From contig JACRGQ010000013.1 of the NCBI GenBank assembly GCA_016217735.1, positions 10,428 through 74,427 of the forward strand: 64,000 nt of DNA, in the 5' to 3' direction. The notes below the pieces were generated by a model. The model had not been told where the DNA came from and ran no database searches. It worked only from the letters and a program-made list of their open reading frames with translations. The translations under genes and the position numbers were made by a program. This DNA comes from Nitrospinota bacterium (GTDB lineage: Bacteria > Nitrospinota_A > UBA7883 > JACRGQ01). Positions 46,976 through 56,406 of this stretch are shown here, piece after piece. The stretch's first letter is position 1. Each line of letters begins with the position of its first letter.

Positions 46976-48283
46976 ATGTCCACCCAATTGATATATGCAA
47001 ATAACGGACAGATCACCCCGCAGATGGAGCAGGTGGCCGCCGACGAGGGGCTGCATCCGGAAGAGGTGCGCCAGCTTGTGAAAGACGGCGTGGCGGTTAT
47101 CCCCCAAAACAACGCCCGCGCCTTCCACGCCAAGGGCATCGGTCAAAAAATGCGCGTCAAGACCAACGCCAACCTCGGTACCAGCGCCGACGAGATGCAT
47201 GTGGCGGAGGAACTGGAAAAGCTCCGCGCCGCCATCGAGGCGGGGGCCGACGCGGTGATGGATCTCTCCACCGGCGGCGACATCCACGCCATCCGCCGCG
47301 AGATCATCAAAAATTCCTCCGTGATGGTCGGCACCGTGCCGATCTACCAGGCAGCCTGTGAAAACATCGCCGGCGAAAAAACGCTGGCCGAAATAAACGC
47401 GGAGGACATTTTCAAAACCGTCGAGCAGCACGCGAAGGACGGGGTGGATTTCATCACCGTCCACTGCGGCGTGACCAAAGAGGTGGTGAAGCGGATCGAG
47501 AACGAAGGGCGGCTGCTCGATATCGTCAGCCGCGGCGGCGCGTTGCACGCCAAATGGATACGCTACACCAAACAGGAAAATCCGCTTTACGAGCAGTATG
47601 ACCGCCTGCTGGAGATCGCCCGCGCGCACGACATGACGCTGTCGCTGGGCGACGGGCTGCGTCCCGGCTGCCTGGCCGACGCCACCGACCGCGCGCAGGT
47701 GCAGGAGACCATCATCCTGGGCGAGTTGGCCGACAGGGCGCGCCGCGCCGGGGTGCAGGTGATGATCGAAGGGCCGGGCCATATGCCGCTGGACCAGATA
47801 GAGGCCAACATCATCCTGATGAAGCGGCTTACGCACAATACCCCGTTCTATGTGCTGGGGCCGCTGGTCACCGACGTGGCCCCCGGCTACGATCACATCA
47901 CCGCCGCCATCGGCGGGGCGATTGCCGCCCGCGCGGGGGCCGATTTCCTCTGCGTGGTGACCCCCGCCGAGCACCTCCGCCTGCCGTCCGTCGACGACAT
48001 CCGGGAAGGGGTGATCGCCGCCCGCATCGCCGGGCACGCCGCCGACATCTGCAAGGGGATCAAGGGGGCGATGGATTGGGATAACAAGATGGCCCGCGCC
48101 CGCAAGACGTTCGATTGGGATTACCAGGTAAAAGGCTCCATCTATCCGCCGAAGGCGGCGGCCTACCGCGCCAGCAGCAAGCCGGAAGACGATTCCGTCT
48201 GCACCATGTGCAGCGCCCTCTGCGCGTACAAGCATGGCGACATGGGCGGCGCCGGCAACGGCAATGGCAACGGCCCGCACTAA
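46976..48283 (+). CDS. thiC: Phosphomethylpyrimidine synthase ThiC
   Basis: About 435 aa radical-SAM ThiC with conserved C-terminal CTMCSALC cluster motif. Confidence 0.92.
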   Translation: MSTQLIYANNGQITPQMEQVAADEGLHPEEVRQLVKDGVAVIPQNNARAFHAKGIGQKMRVKTNANLGTSADEMHVAEELEKLRAAIEAGADAVMDLSTGGDIHAIRREIIKNSSVMVGTVPIYQAACENIAGEKTLAEINAEDIFKTVEQHAKDGVDFITVHCGVTKEVVKRIENEGRLLDIVSRGGALHAKWIRYTKQENPLYEQYDRLLEIARAHDMTLSLGDGLRPGCLADATDRAQVQETIILGELADRARRAGVQVMIEGPGHMPLDQIEANIILMKRLTHNTPFYVLGPLVTDVAPGYDHITAAIGGAIAARAGADFLCVVTPAEHLRLPSVDDIREGVIAARIAGHAADICKGIKGAMDWDNKMARARKTFDWDYQVKGSIYPPKAAAYRASSKPEDDSVCTMCSALCAYKHGDMGGAGNGNGNGPH

Positions 48284-48357
48284 CCGCGGGATGGATCGAC
48301 GGTGCCGGTTGGATGTCATGGAATGGAAATGACAATGTTTCCGGTTTTCATTTCCTT

Positions 48358-48378
48358 CCCCTCCTTCGCAAGGAGGGG
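48358..48378 (+). other. Perfect 9-bp hairpin CCCCTCCTT-cgc-AAGGAGGGG (no U-tract) in the thiC 3' region
   Basis: Direct reading; near-copy of the terminator hairpin 30 nt downstream. Confidence 0.5.
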
Positions 48379-48409
48379 ATACAGGGGAGGTTCTGCAACC
48401 CCTCCTGCA

Positions 48410-48441
48410 CCTCCCCTTGGAAAGGGGAGGAATTATTTTTT
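48410..48441 (+). terminator. Rho-independent terminator of thiC
   Basis: CCTCCCCTT-gga-AAGGGGAGG hairpin followed by AATTATTTTTT. Confidence 0.55.
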
Positions 48442-48471
48442 CCCGAACTCCATGTTTAACGTCCGTCCGCG

Positions 48472-49191
48472 ATGAGAATCTGGCCCGTCGCGGGAACCCT
48501 CGGCGTTGGCGCGCAATTCGCCATCACCGGCGCGGATGCAAAGCATATTCACGACGTTTTGCGTTACCGTCCCGGCGACCGGCTGAAGGTTTGCGATGAC
48601 GATTGCAAAAGTTTTTGGGCCGAGATCACGGCGATAACGCGCGGCGAAGTATCGCTCATCGCCCGCGAGGAACTGCCAGAGGAAAAAAAACGGCTTCCCG
48701 AAGTGGTTCTGGCAATGTCGCTGAACAAGGCGGCCGTGTTGGAGATAGCGGTGCAAAAAGCGGTGGAGCTAGGCTGTACCTGGTTTCTGCCGGTGGTCAC
48801 CCGCTATTCGATGGGGGTGGATATTTCTCCCGCCAAGCTGGAACGGCTCCGCAAAATAGCGCACGAGGCGGGCAAACAGTGCGGGCGGAGCTCATTGATG
48901 CCGGTGGCGGAGCCGGTGCAACTGGACGAGATGCCGGAGGCCGATCTCCGCATCGTCCTGTGGGAAGAGGAAAAAAGCCGCCCGCTGAAAGAGGCGTTGG
49001 CCGCCGCGAAAAATCCAAAAAGCGTGCTGGTGCTTATCGGCCCCCAGTCGGGCTTCGCCGAAGACGAGGTGGCGTTCCTCAAGGAACTCGGCTTTATTTC
49101 GGCGGGACTGGGACCGCTGATACTGCGCGCCGAGACGGCCGCCATCGCCGCCGCCGCCGTTGTGGCCTACCACTTCGGCAAACTTGATTAA
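48472..49191 (+). CDS. rsmE: 16S rRNA (uracil1498-N3)-methyltransferase RsmE
   Basis: 239 aa, PUA-like N-terminus and SPOUT C-terminus pattern. Confidence 0.8.
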   Translation: MRIWPVAGTLGVGAQFAITGADAKHIHDVLRYRPGDRLKVCDDDCKSFWAEITAITRGEVSLIAREELPEEKKRLPEVVLAMSLNKAAVLEIAVQKAVELGCTWFLPVVTRYSMGVDISPAKLERLRKIAHEAGKQCGRSSLMPVAEPVQLDEMPEADLRIVLWEEEKSRPLKEALAAAKNPKSVLVLIGPQSGFAEDEVAFLKELGFISAGLGPLILRAETAAIAAAAVVAYHFGKLD

Positions 49192-49197
49192 CCTCAG

Positions 49198-50400
49198 ATG
49201 AAAATTCCCCATTCCGAAGCCTCCAGAAAATCGCGCGGCATCACGTCGTTCATGGCGATGGACGTGGCGGAGCACGCGAAAGAACTCCAACGCTCCGGGC
49301 GGAGCATTATCCGCTTCGAGCTGGGCGAGCCGGACTTCGAGACTCCCAAAGTGGCGGCGGACGCGGGCATTCGCGCCATACAGGAGGGGAAGACCAAGTA
49401 CACCCCGTCGCTCGGCACGATGGAATTGCGCGGGGAGATTTGCCGCTTCCACAAAGAACAGTATGGCGTGTCGGTGGAAACGGAGCGGGTGGTGGTGGCG
49501 AACGGTTCGTCCGCCGCGCTCTTTCTCACCTTCGCCGCGCTGCTCAACAAAGGGGACGAGGTGATAATGGGCGACCCGCATTACGCCTGCTACCCAAACT
49601 ATGTATCGTTCCTCGACGGCAGGCCGGTCTTTGTCCCGCTGTTCGAGAAGGAAGGATTCAAGCTGACCGCCGCGAAAATAAAAAAGGCGCTGACGAAAAA
49701 AACAAAGGCGGCGCTCATCAATTCGCCGGGCAACCCGACCGGCGTGGTGCTGCCGCCGGTGGAACTGCGGCGGATAGCCCAGCTCGGCGTCACCATTGTG
49801 TCGGACGAGGTGTATCACGGCCTGTCGTATGTGGGGCGCGACCGCTCGATACTGGAATTTACCGATAACGCGTTCGTCATCGGCGGTTTTTCCAAACGGT
49901 GGGCCATGACCGGCTGGCGCATCGGTTACGTCATCGCCCCGCCGGAATACATCCGCGCGATCCAGAAGGTGCAGCAGAATTTTCAGATTTCGCCCGGCGC
50001 GATATCGCAGGAGGCGGCGCTGGCGGCGTTGCGTTACGGCTTGAAGGATGCCGAGAGGATGCGGAAGGAGTACGCCAAACGCCGCACGGTGATGGTGGAG
50101 GGGCTGCGCGGCATCGGCTTTCCGGTGAAGGCCGAGCCGCAGGGGGCGTTTTATGTGCTTACCTCCTGCGCGTTTTTGGATGGCGATTCAAAGCGGCTGG
50201 CGTTCAGGATTTTGGACGAGGCGGGGGTGGCGGTCACTCCCGGCGCCGATTTCGGCCGCCTGGGGGAGGGGCACCTGCGCTTCAGCTACGCCACCGGCGT
50301 GAAAGACATCCGCGAGGGGCTGCGGCGGCTGGGCGCGTTCATCAAAAAAGAGCGGGCATCCGGCAAAAGCGGCCTTGCCTTATCGCGCGGGAAAGGGTAA
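49198..50400 (+). CDS. PLP-dependent aminotransferase, class I (aspartate aminotransferase-like)
   Basis: GEPDF motif and SFSKRWAMTGWRIGY PLP-lysine region. Confidence 0.85.
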   Translation: MKIPHSEASRKSRGITSFMAMDVAEHAKELQRSGRSIIRFELGEPDFETPKVAADAGIRAIQEGKTKYTPSLGTMELRGEICRFHKEQYGVSVETERVVVANGSSAALFLTFAALLNKGDEVIMGDPHYACYPNYVSFLDGRPVFVPLFEKEGFKLTAAKIKKALTKKTKAALINSPGNPTGVVLPPVELRRIAQLGVTIVSDEVYHGLSYVGRDRSILEFTDNAFVIGGFSKRWAMTGWRIGYVIAPPEYIRAIQKVQQNFQISPGAISQEAALAALRYGLKDAERMRKEYAKRRTVMVEGLRGIGFPVKAEPQGAFYVLTSCAFLDGDSKRLAFRILDEAGVAVTPGADFGRLGEGHLRFSYATGVKDIREGLRRLGAFIKKERASGKSGLALSRGKG

Positions 50401-50410
50401 ATACAATCCC

Positions 50411-52129
50411 ATGAATTACACAAGAGAAGAACTGTTAAAACCGTTTACACGAAAATTCCTCCCGCCCGAATTCGCCGTCACCGGCACGGACGCCATCAAG
50501 CCGTGGGTGGATCACCTGCTGGAGCGCCCGCTGCATTCCGCCGGCGAACTGCAGGATTGGCTGGAGGATTACTCCGAACTGGAGGCGGCGCTGGGGGAGG
50601 ACTCCAATCTCCGCTACGTCGCCATGACCTGCGACACGAAGGACAAGGCCAAGACGGACGCGTATCTCCAGTTCGTGCGCGAGATACAGCCGAAGCTGAC
50701 CGAATGGAGCGACGCGCTCAATAAAAAGTTCTACGGTTCGCCGCACCGCGTAAAACTTGATACTTCCCGCTACGGACGGCTGACGCTCATGATCGGCGTC
50801 AGCATCGAGCTGTTCATCGAAAAGAACATTCCGCTCGACGTGAAGCTTGCGGAGATGTCGCAGCAGTACCAGTCCATCACCGGCTCGTGGAGCGTGGAGT
50901 TCGACGGCGAAAAGCGGACGATGCCGCAGATGAGCCGCTACCAGCTCAAAACCGACCGCGCGGTGCGTGAAAGCGCCTGGCGTGCCACCGCCGCCCGGCG
51001 GCTGGAGGACGCCGAAAAACTGGACGTCCTTTTCGACGAGATGGTGAAAACGCGCCACGAATACGCCCTGAATCTGGGCCTGGCCGATTACCGCGCCTAC
51101 TCATTCAAGGCGAAGCTGCGCGATTACACCCCGGACGATTGCCTCCGCTTCCACGACGCAATAGAAAAATCGGCCGTGCCGGTGGCGCGCCGCATCATGG
51201 AAAAACGCAAGGCCGAGATGAAGCTCGATTCGCCGCGGCCCTGGGATACCGCCGTCGATCCGCTGGGAAGGCCGCCGCTGGAGCCGTTCAAGGAGGTGTC
51301 GCACCTGCAACGGGGCGTCGGCCAAATGTTCGACAAAATCGACGGACGCCTGGGGGCGATGTTCAACGCCATCGGCGAGACGATGGACCTCGACAGCCGC
51401 GACGGGAAGGCTCCCGGTGGCTACCAGACGACGTTCGAGGAGCGGCGCATACCGTTCATCTTCACCAACGCGGCGGGCGTTCACGGTGATGTGACCACCC
51501 TGCTGCACGAGGGGGGGCACGCCTTCCACACGTTGCAAAGCCGCCGCGATCCGCTGATCTGGTACCGCCATGCCGCGATGGAGTTTTCCGAAGTCGCCAG
51601 CATGACGCAGGAGCTTTTGGGCAACGGCCATGTGACGGTGTTCTACGATGATCCCGCCGCCGCCAAACGCGCCATGTACGAGCAGCTTGAGCGGACGGCG
51701 GATATTTTTCCGTGGGTCGCCACGGTGGACGCCTTCCAGCACTGGATTTATACGAACCCCGCGCACACCCGCGAGGAACGCGCCGCGAAATGGCTGGAGA
51801 TTTCCAAACGGTTCGAGACGGGGGTGGACTGGAGCGGCCTTGATCCCAACATCCGCAAGTTCGCGTGGCACCGGCAGCTTCACATCTTTGAGGTGCCGTT
51901 CTACTACATTGAATATGCCATCGCGCAGCTTGGCGCGTTGCAGATTTACCGCGAGTACAAAAAGGACCCGCGAAAAGCGGTGGACGCCTACCTGAAGGCG
52001 CTGGCGCTCGGCGGCGGCAAGGGGCCGAAGGAACTGTTCGCGGCGGCGGGGGTGAAGTTCGATTTCTCGCTCGACATGCTGGGGCGGCTCATGGCGATGG
52101 TGGAAGAGGAAATGGCCGCCCTCAAATAG
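50411..52129 (+). CDS. pepF: Oligoendopeptidase F-like M3 family metallopeptidase
   Basis: HEGGHAFH HExxH motif; about 570 aa. Confidence 0.85.
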   Translation: MNYTREELLKPFTRKFLPPEFAVTGTDAIKPWVDHLLERPLHSAGELQDWLEDYSELEAALGEDSNLRYVAMTCDTKDKAKTDAYLQFVREIQPKLTEWSDALNKKFYGSPHRVKLDTSRYGRLTLMIGVSIELFIEKNIPLDVKLAEMSQQYQSITGSWSVEFDGEKRTMPQMSRYQLKTDRAVRESAWRATAARRLEDAEKLDVLFDEMVKTRHEYALNLGLADYRAYSFKAKLRDYTPDDCLRFHDAIEKSAVPVARRIMEKRKAEMKLDSPRPWDTAVDPLGRPPLEPFKEVSHLQRGVGQMFDKIDGRLGAMFNAIGETMDLDSRDGKAPGGYQTTFEERRIPFIFTNAAGVHGDVTTLLHEGGHAFHTLQSRRDPLIWYRHAAMEFSEVASMTQELLGNGHVTVFYDDPAAAKRAMYEQLERTADIFPWVATVDAFQHWIYTNPAHTREERAAKWLEISKRFETGVDWSGLDPNIRKFAWHRQLHIFEVPFYYIEYAIAQLGALQIYREYKKDPRKAVDAYLKALALGGGKGPKELFAAAGVKFDFSLDMLGRLMAMVEEEMAALK

Positions 52130-52197
52130 TTTTTTTGAGGTGAACTCGGCCCTCTGTGGTTGCTTGCTCTCGGTAGGGTCGACATTCTTGTCGGCCA

Positions 52198-52225
52198 TTG
52201 CCCCCGGAGGGGGCAAGCATTTTTA
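52198..52225 (+). terminator. Rho-independent terminator of pepF
   Basis: TTGCCCCC-gga-GGGGGCAA hairpin followed by GCATTTTTA. Confidence 0.5.
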
Positions 52226-52300
52226 AAAAGTCGGCCTTAACGGGCCGATGACACGCAGGAACGCGTGTCCTACCGGGAAAAAAGCCGAATCGATCTTTGG

Positions 52301-52543
52301 CTACCTTGTATGTTTATGCGGGGGCGGGGCGTGATGCCCCTTCTCCGCCGTTTCTTCGATAAGGCCGAGTATGCGCGGGGTGCAGCGCTTGCCGCCGCAG
52401 CTGCCGCTTCCCGCGCCGGTCGCTTTACGCAGCCCCGCCAGCGTGTGGATACCGGCGGCGAGGTGTTTCATGAAGACTTTTTTCTTGATTCCCTTGCACA
52501 GGCAGACCGGCTTCAGCCCCTCGATGATTTCCTTTTCGTCCAT
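52301..52543 (-). CDS. BFD-like [2Fe-2S]-binding domain protein
   Basis: CLCKGI…GSCGGKRC cysteine pattern typical of BFD-like domains. Confidence 0.55.
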   Translation of the reverse strand: MDEKEIIEGLKPVCLCKGIKKKVFMKHLAAGIHTLAGLRKATGAGSGSCGGKRCTPRILGLIEETAEKGHHAPPPHKHTR

Positions 52544-52588
52544 GCGGCGAGTATAGCAGACGGGGAACCGCACCGATGCGCCATTGGG

Positions 52589-53407
52589 CTATTTCCCCGC
52601 GCGGAGGTTCGTTCCCACGTTGGGCGGCACGATCATCAATGTGCAGTTGGCCGACTTGGAGCAATTTTCCACCGCGCCGGAAAACGCTTTTACCCCTTCA
52701 AGCTGCACAAAGAGATCGGGTGAAAGCCCCATCGCCATCCGGTAGGCGTTGTCCGCCTCCGCGCGCTTGATCTCGGCGGCCTTCCGTATCTCCTGCGCCA
52801 GCGCCCGTTGCCGCTCGGTGTTTTGAAGCTGCTGCTGGGTCGCCGTGGCGGTGATCGCGGTCATCACTTCGTCGGTCGGGATAATGCGTCCCACCGTCAC
52901 CGACATCACATCCACCGGGATTTGGCTGGCGGTGACGATGGCGATAATTTCCTTTTTCGCCTCCAGCGCCATCGCCTCGTTCGCTTCGGTGGAAGAGACC
53001 AGCTGGTTCATGTCGTATTTCTTGCAGAGATTGCGGACGACCGTGCGGAACGGCTCCTTCACGTTCATGCTGTACCAGTTGTCGCCGAACTTTTCCACCA
53101 GTTGCGGCGCGTTGCGGATCTGGGTCTTGATGTAGACGTTGAAGTGAACCGGCACGTTATCCTTTGACATCATATCGCTGAACAGTTCGTCGTACTGCAC
53201 CGGCTTGACATCAACCAGCGTGGCGTCGGTGCTCCACCATGCCCAGGTGAGGCCGGTTCCCACCGGTTCCGGGCGTACGCCGCCATGGCCGAAGAAATAG
53301 GGGCGGTCCGTCAGCACCGCGTTTTCGCCCGGGCCGATGGAGACCGCATGACAGGCGGCGAAAAATGGCAATAAAAACAGAACAAGGATTACTTTATGCG
53401 ATTTCAT
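52589..53407 (-). CDS. SPFH/band-7 (prohibitin-like) domain lipoprotein
   Basis: Signal/lipobox LLPFFAAC; SPFH core with coiled-coil AE-rich segment. Confidence 0.75.
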   Translation of the reverse strand: MKSHKVILVLFLLPFFAACHAVSIGPGENAVLTDRPYFFGHGGVRPEPVGTGLTWAWWSTDATLVDVKPVQYDELFSDMMSKDNVPVHFNVYIKTQIRNAPQLVEKFGDNWYSMNVKEPFRTVVRNLCKKYDMNQLVSSTEANEAMALEAKKEIIAIVTASQIPVDVMSVTVGRIIPTDEVMTAITATATQQQLQNTERQRALAQEIRKAAEIKRAEADNAYRMAMGLSPDLFVQLEGVKAFSGAVENCSKSANCTLMIVPPNVGTNLRAGK

Positions 53408-53495
53408 TTTTAAAACCTCTTGGATGTTTAGCGGCGCTTCATGATGAAAATACTATGCTTCGAGATAGAACGTGTCAAGTTCCCGTTTTTGTCCT

Positions 53496-55289
53496 TCATT
53501 CCCGCTTGACCGATTGCTCAGCTGTTCCCCCATCCGCGGCGGGCGCGCCGCCGTGGCGGGTGAACTGCATTTCGTAAACCCGCTTGTAAGCCCCCCCCGC
53601 GTTCAGCAGTTCGTCGTGCGTTCCCTGTTCCACGATGCTTCCCTTGTCCAGCACGATGATGGTGCGGGCGTTCTTGATGGTGGAGAGGCGGTGGGCGATG
53701 ACGAAGGTGGTGCGGTTCTGTATCAGGTTGTTAAGCGCCTTCTGCACTTCGATTTCCGATTTGGTGTCCAGCGCGGAGGTGGCTTCGTCCAAAATGAGGA
53801 TGGCCGGGTTTTTCAGCAGGGCGCGGGCGATGGATATCCGCTGGCGCTGGCCGCCGGAAAGGCGCGCGCCGCGCTCGCCGATGACGGTATCGTACCCCAT
53901 CGGCATTTCCATGATGAAATCGTGCGCGTAGGCGGCGCGGGCGGCGGCCTCTATCCGTTCACGCGGAATATCGCTGTGGCCGTAGGCGATGTTGTTGCGC
54001 ACCGTGTCGTTAAAAAGGAACACCTCCTGCGTGACGATGCCGATCTGTCCGCGCAGCGAGGCCAGCGTGGCGTGGCGGATGTCGGCCCCGTCGAACAGAA
54101 TCCGCCCTTCCACCGGGTCGTAAAAGCGGGGGATGAGGTCGACCAGCGTCGATTTTCCCGCGCCGCTGGTGCCGACGATGGCGAGGACGGCCCCGGCGGG
54201 AACGGCGAGTTCCACCCGGCGCAGCACCGGTTCGTTGTGGTAGGCGAATGAAACGTTTTCGAACCGTACTTCGCGCGCCACCGGGGCTATCGGCTTCGCG
54301 TCCGGCGCATCGGCGATCTCGGAGGGCGTATCGAGGATTTCAAACACGCGGGAGGCGGCCCCCATCGCCTGCTGGATTTTGTTGTACACCCGGCTCAGCT
54401 TGTTTATGGGCGCGAAGACCATGAACATCGCGGTGAGGAAGGAGAAGAAGTTCCCCACGGTGCTGTGCCCGTCGATCACCTGCATGCCGCCGTACCAGAT
54501 GATGGCCCCCACGCCGAACGCGCCGAGAAACTCCAGCAGCGGCGAGGAAAGCTCGTTTATCTTTATCGTCTTGAGCATGGTGCGGAAAAAGCCCTCGTTG
54601 TGCTCCTTGAACCGCGTCACCTCGTACCGTTCCATGCCGAAGGCCTTCACCACCCGCACGCCGGAAAACGCCTCGTGCATCAGCGAGGTGAGGTCGGCCA
54701 TCCGCTCCTGCGTGTTGCGGCTGATGGCGCGGAGTTTCCGCCCCAGCTTGCCGATCAGCAGCGCGGCGAAGGGAAAGGTGACCAGCACGAACAGCGAAAG
54801 CTTCGGGTCGCGGTAGACCAGCACCCCCAGCAGCGCGGCGGCGGTGAAACTTTCGCGGAAGAGATCGTACACCACGATGGAGATGGTGTCCTGTATCACG
54901 TTCACGTCGTTCACGATGCGCGAGACCAGCTTGCCGGTGGTGTGCCGGTGGTAGAAGGAGAGGGAAAGCCCCTGCATGTGGCCGTACAGATCGTTGCGTA
55001 TGTCGCGCACCGTCATCTGGCCGATCTTCTGCATCAGCATGCTGGCGTAATACCGCCCGATGCCGCGCAGCAGGTAGATGCCGACGATGGCGGCCGGCAG
55101 CAGCATCAGCAGGTTGCGGTCCTTCTTGATGAAGATGTCGTCCATCAGCGGCTGGATGAGGAACGCCGCGCCCCCCGCGGTGGAAGAGATCACCGCCATG
55201 CCGATGGCCGCCAGCACGAACGATCCCATGTACGGGCGGAGGTAGCGCAACAGCCGCCGGTAGTCGCGCATCGTGTTTTCAGCCGTCAT
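53496..55289 (-). CDS. msbA: ABC transporter fused permease/ATPase, MsbA-like lipid exporter
   Basis: Six-TM N-terminal domain plus GTSGAGKST, LSGGQRQRISIARA, LILDEATSALD; next to a heptosyltransferase-like gene. Confidence 0.85.
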   Translation of the reverse strand: MTAENTMRDYRRLLRYLRPYMGSFVLAAIGMAVISSTAGGAAFLIQPLMDDIFIKKDRNLLMLLPAAIVGIYLLRGIGRYYASMLMQKIGQMTVRDIRNDLYGHMQGLSLSFYHRHTTGKLVSRIVNDVNVIQDTISIVVYDLFRESFTAAALLGVLVYRDPKLSLFVLVTFPFAALLIGKLGRKLRAISRNTQERMADLTSLMHEAFSGVRVVKAFGMERYEVTRFKEHNEGFFRTMLKTIKINELSSPLLEFLGAFGVGAIIWYGGMQVIDGHSTVGNFFSFLTAMFMVFAPINKLSRVYNKIQQAMGAASRVFEILDTPSEIADAPDAKPIAPVAREVRFENVSFAYHNEPVLRRVELAVPAGAVLAIVGTSGAGKSTLVDLIPRFYDPVEGRILFDGADIRHATLASLRGQIGIVTQEVFLFNDTVRNNIAYGHSDIPRERIEAAARAAYAHDFIMEMPMGYDTVIGERGARLSGGQRQRISIARALLKNPAILILDEATSALDTKSEIEVQKALNNLIQNRTTFVIAHRLSTIKNARTIIVLDKGSIVEQGTHDELLNAGGAYKRVYEMQFTRHGGAPAADGGTAEQSVKRE

Positions 55290-56302
55290 AATCTCTCTTT
55301 CACGGCGGCGGCCGCTTCGTCGGCGGTCAGCCGGTCCATGCAATCCCAATACGGGCATTGTTCTTTAACGCACACGTCGCACATTGGCACGTCGGGGCGC
55401 AGGGCGGCGTCGCGCGTTCCTATCGGGCCCCACCGCCGCGGCAGGCAAACCCGGATAGGGCAGTATATCCCAACGGCGGGAGTGCCGACAGCCCCGGCGA
55501 TGTGCAACGGCCCGGTGCTGGGGGCGACGAAAACGTCGAGCCTGTGTATGAAAGCGGCCAGTTCCTTGAGGTGCGCCCCCGCAAACCGTTTTGGCGTTGT
55601 GGCGCAGGCCGCCGCCACCGCGTCGACGATTCCGGCATCCGCCGCGCCTCCCATAAGGATGACGTTGTTTCCCTCGGCGCCCAGGATGTCGATCAGCCGG
55701 GCGTACTGCTCCGGCTTCCAGTTGCGCGCGCTTCCCCCCATGCCGGGGAATACGCCGATGTTTTTCCGTGACGGATCGAGCAACGCCGCCGCCGCGCCGA
55801 TGGCGTCCGGCGTAACGGGAAGCATGCTTCTCCGCAGCGGCGGAACGCCGAGCGGCGCGAGGAGATCGAGATTGTAATCCGCTTCGTGCCTCTCCCCCCG
55901 GCTGCGGCGCTGGGGGATGGCGGTGTTGTAAAAGATGCGCGCCAGCTTGCTGGCGGGGCCGATGCGCACCGGCACCCCCGCGCGCCACACGGCGAGCGAT
56001 ACCCAAAAATCGGAGTACAGGTGCAGCGCCGCGTCGAATTTTTTGAGGCGCAGGATGCCAGCCAGCGGCGCGGTGTTATTCCACGACGGCTTCTCGTCGG
56101 TATCCAGCGTGAGCAGTTCGTCGATGGCGGGGTGCCCCTCCAATAGCGGCGCGACCGTCGGCCGCACCAGCATGGCGATTTTCCAGCCCGGTTTTTCCAT
56201 GCGCAGCGACACCAGCACCGGGGTGGATAGGATCACGTCGCCGATGCGGTCGGGACGGATGACAAGGATGCGCGCGTTATCGGGCAGAACTATCGGCCCC
56301 AT
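55286..56302 (-). CDS. Glycosyltransferase family 9 (ADP-heptose:LPS heptosyltransferase-like) with C-terminal Cys cluster
   Basis: ILVIRPDRIGDVILSTP N-terminus typical of GT9; C-terminal CDVCVKEQCPYWDC. The annotated N-terminal extension is a translation of repeat copy C. Confidence 0.8.
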   Translation of the reverse strand: MGPIVLPDNARILVIRPDRIGDVILSTPVLVSLRMEKPGWKIAMLVRPTVAPLLEGHPAIDELLTLDTDEKPSWNNTAPLAGILRLKKFDAALHLYSDFWVSLAVWRAGVPVRIGPASKLARIFYNTAIPQRRSRGERHEADYNLDLLAPLGVPPLRRSMLPVTPDAIGAAAALLDPSRKNIGVFPGMGGSARNWKPEQYARLIDILGAEGNNVILMGGAADAGIVDAVAAACATTPKRFAGAHLKELAAFIHRLDVFVAPSTGPLHIAGAVGTPAVGIYCPIRVCLPRRWGPIGTRDAALRPDVPMCDVCVKEQCPYWDCMDRLTADEAAAAVKERL

Positions 56303-56369
56303 GTCATCCTGAGCCGCAGGCGAAGGATCTCTTTCCGGAACGGGATTCTTCGCTACGCTCAGAATGACA
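56302..56369. repeat. Palindromic intergenic repeat, family 1, copy C (inverted relative to copy A), abutting the GT9 start codon
   Basis: Reverse complement TGTCATTCTGAGCGTAGCGAAGAATCCCGTTCCGGAAAGAGATCCTTCGCCTGCGGCTCAGGATGACA. Confidence 0.6.
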
Positions 56370-56406
56370 GGCATAACTGGTTTTTTACCACCTAGCTGGC
56401 ATCCTG

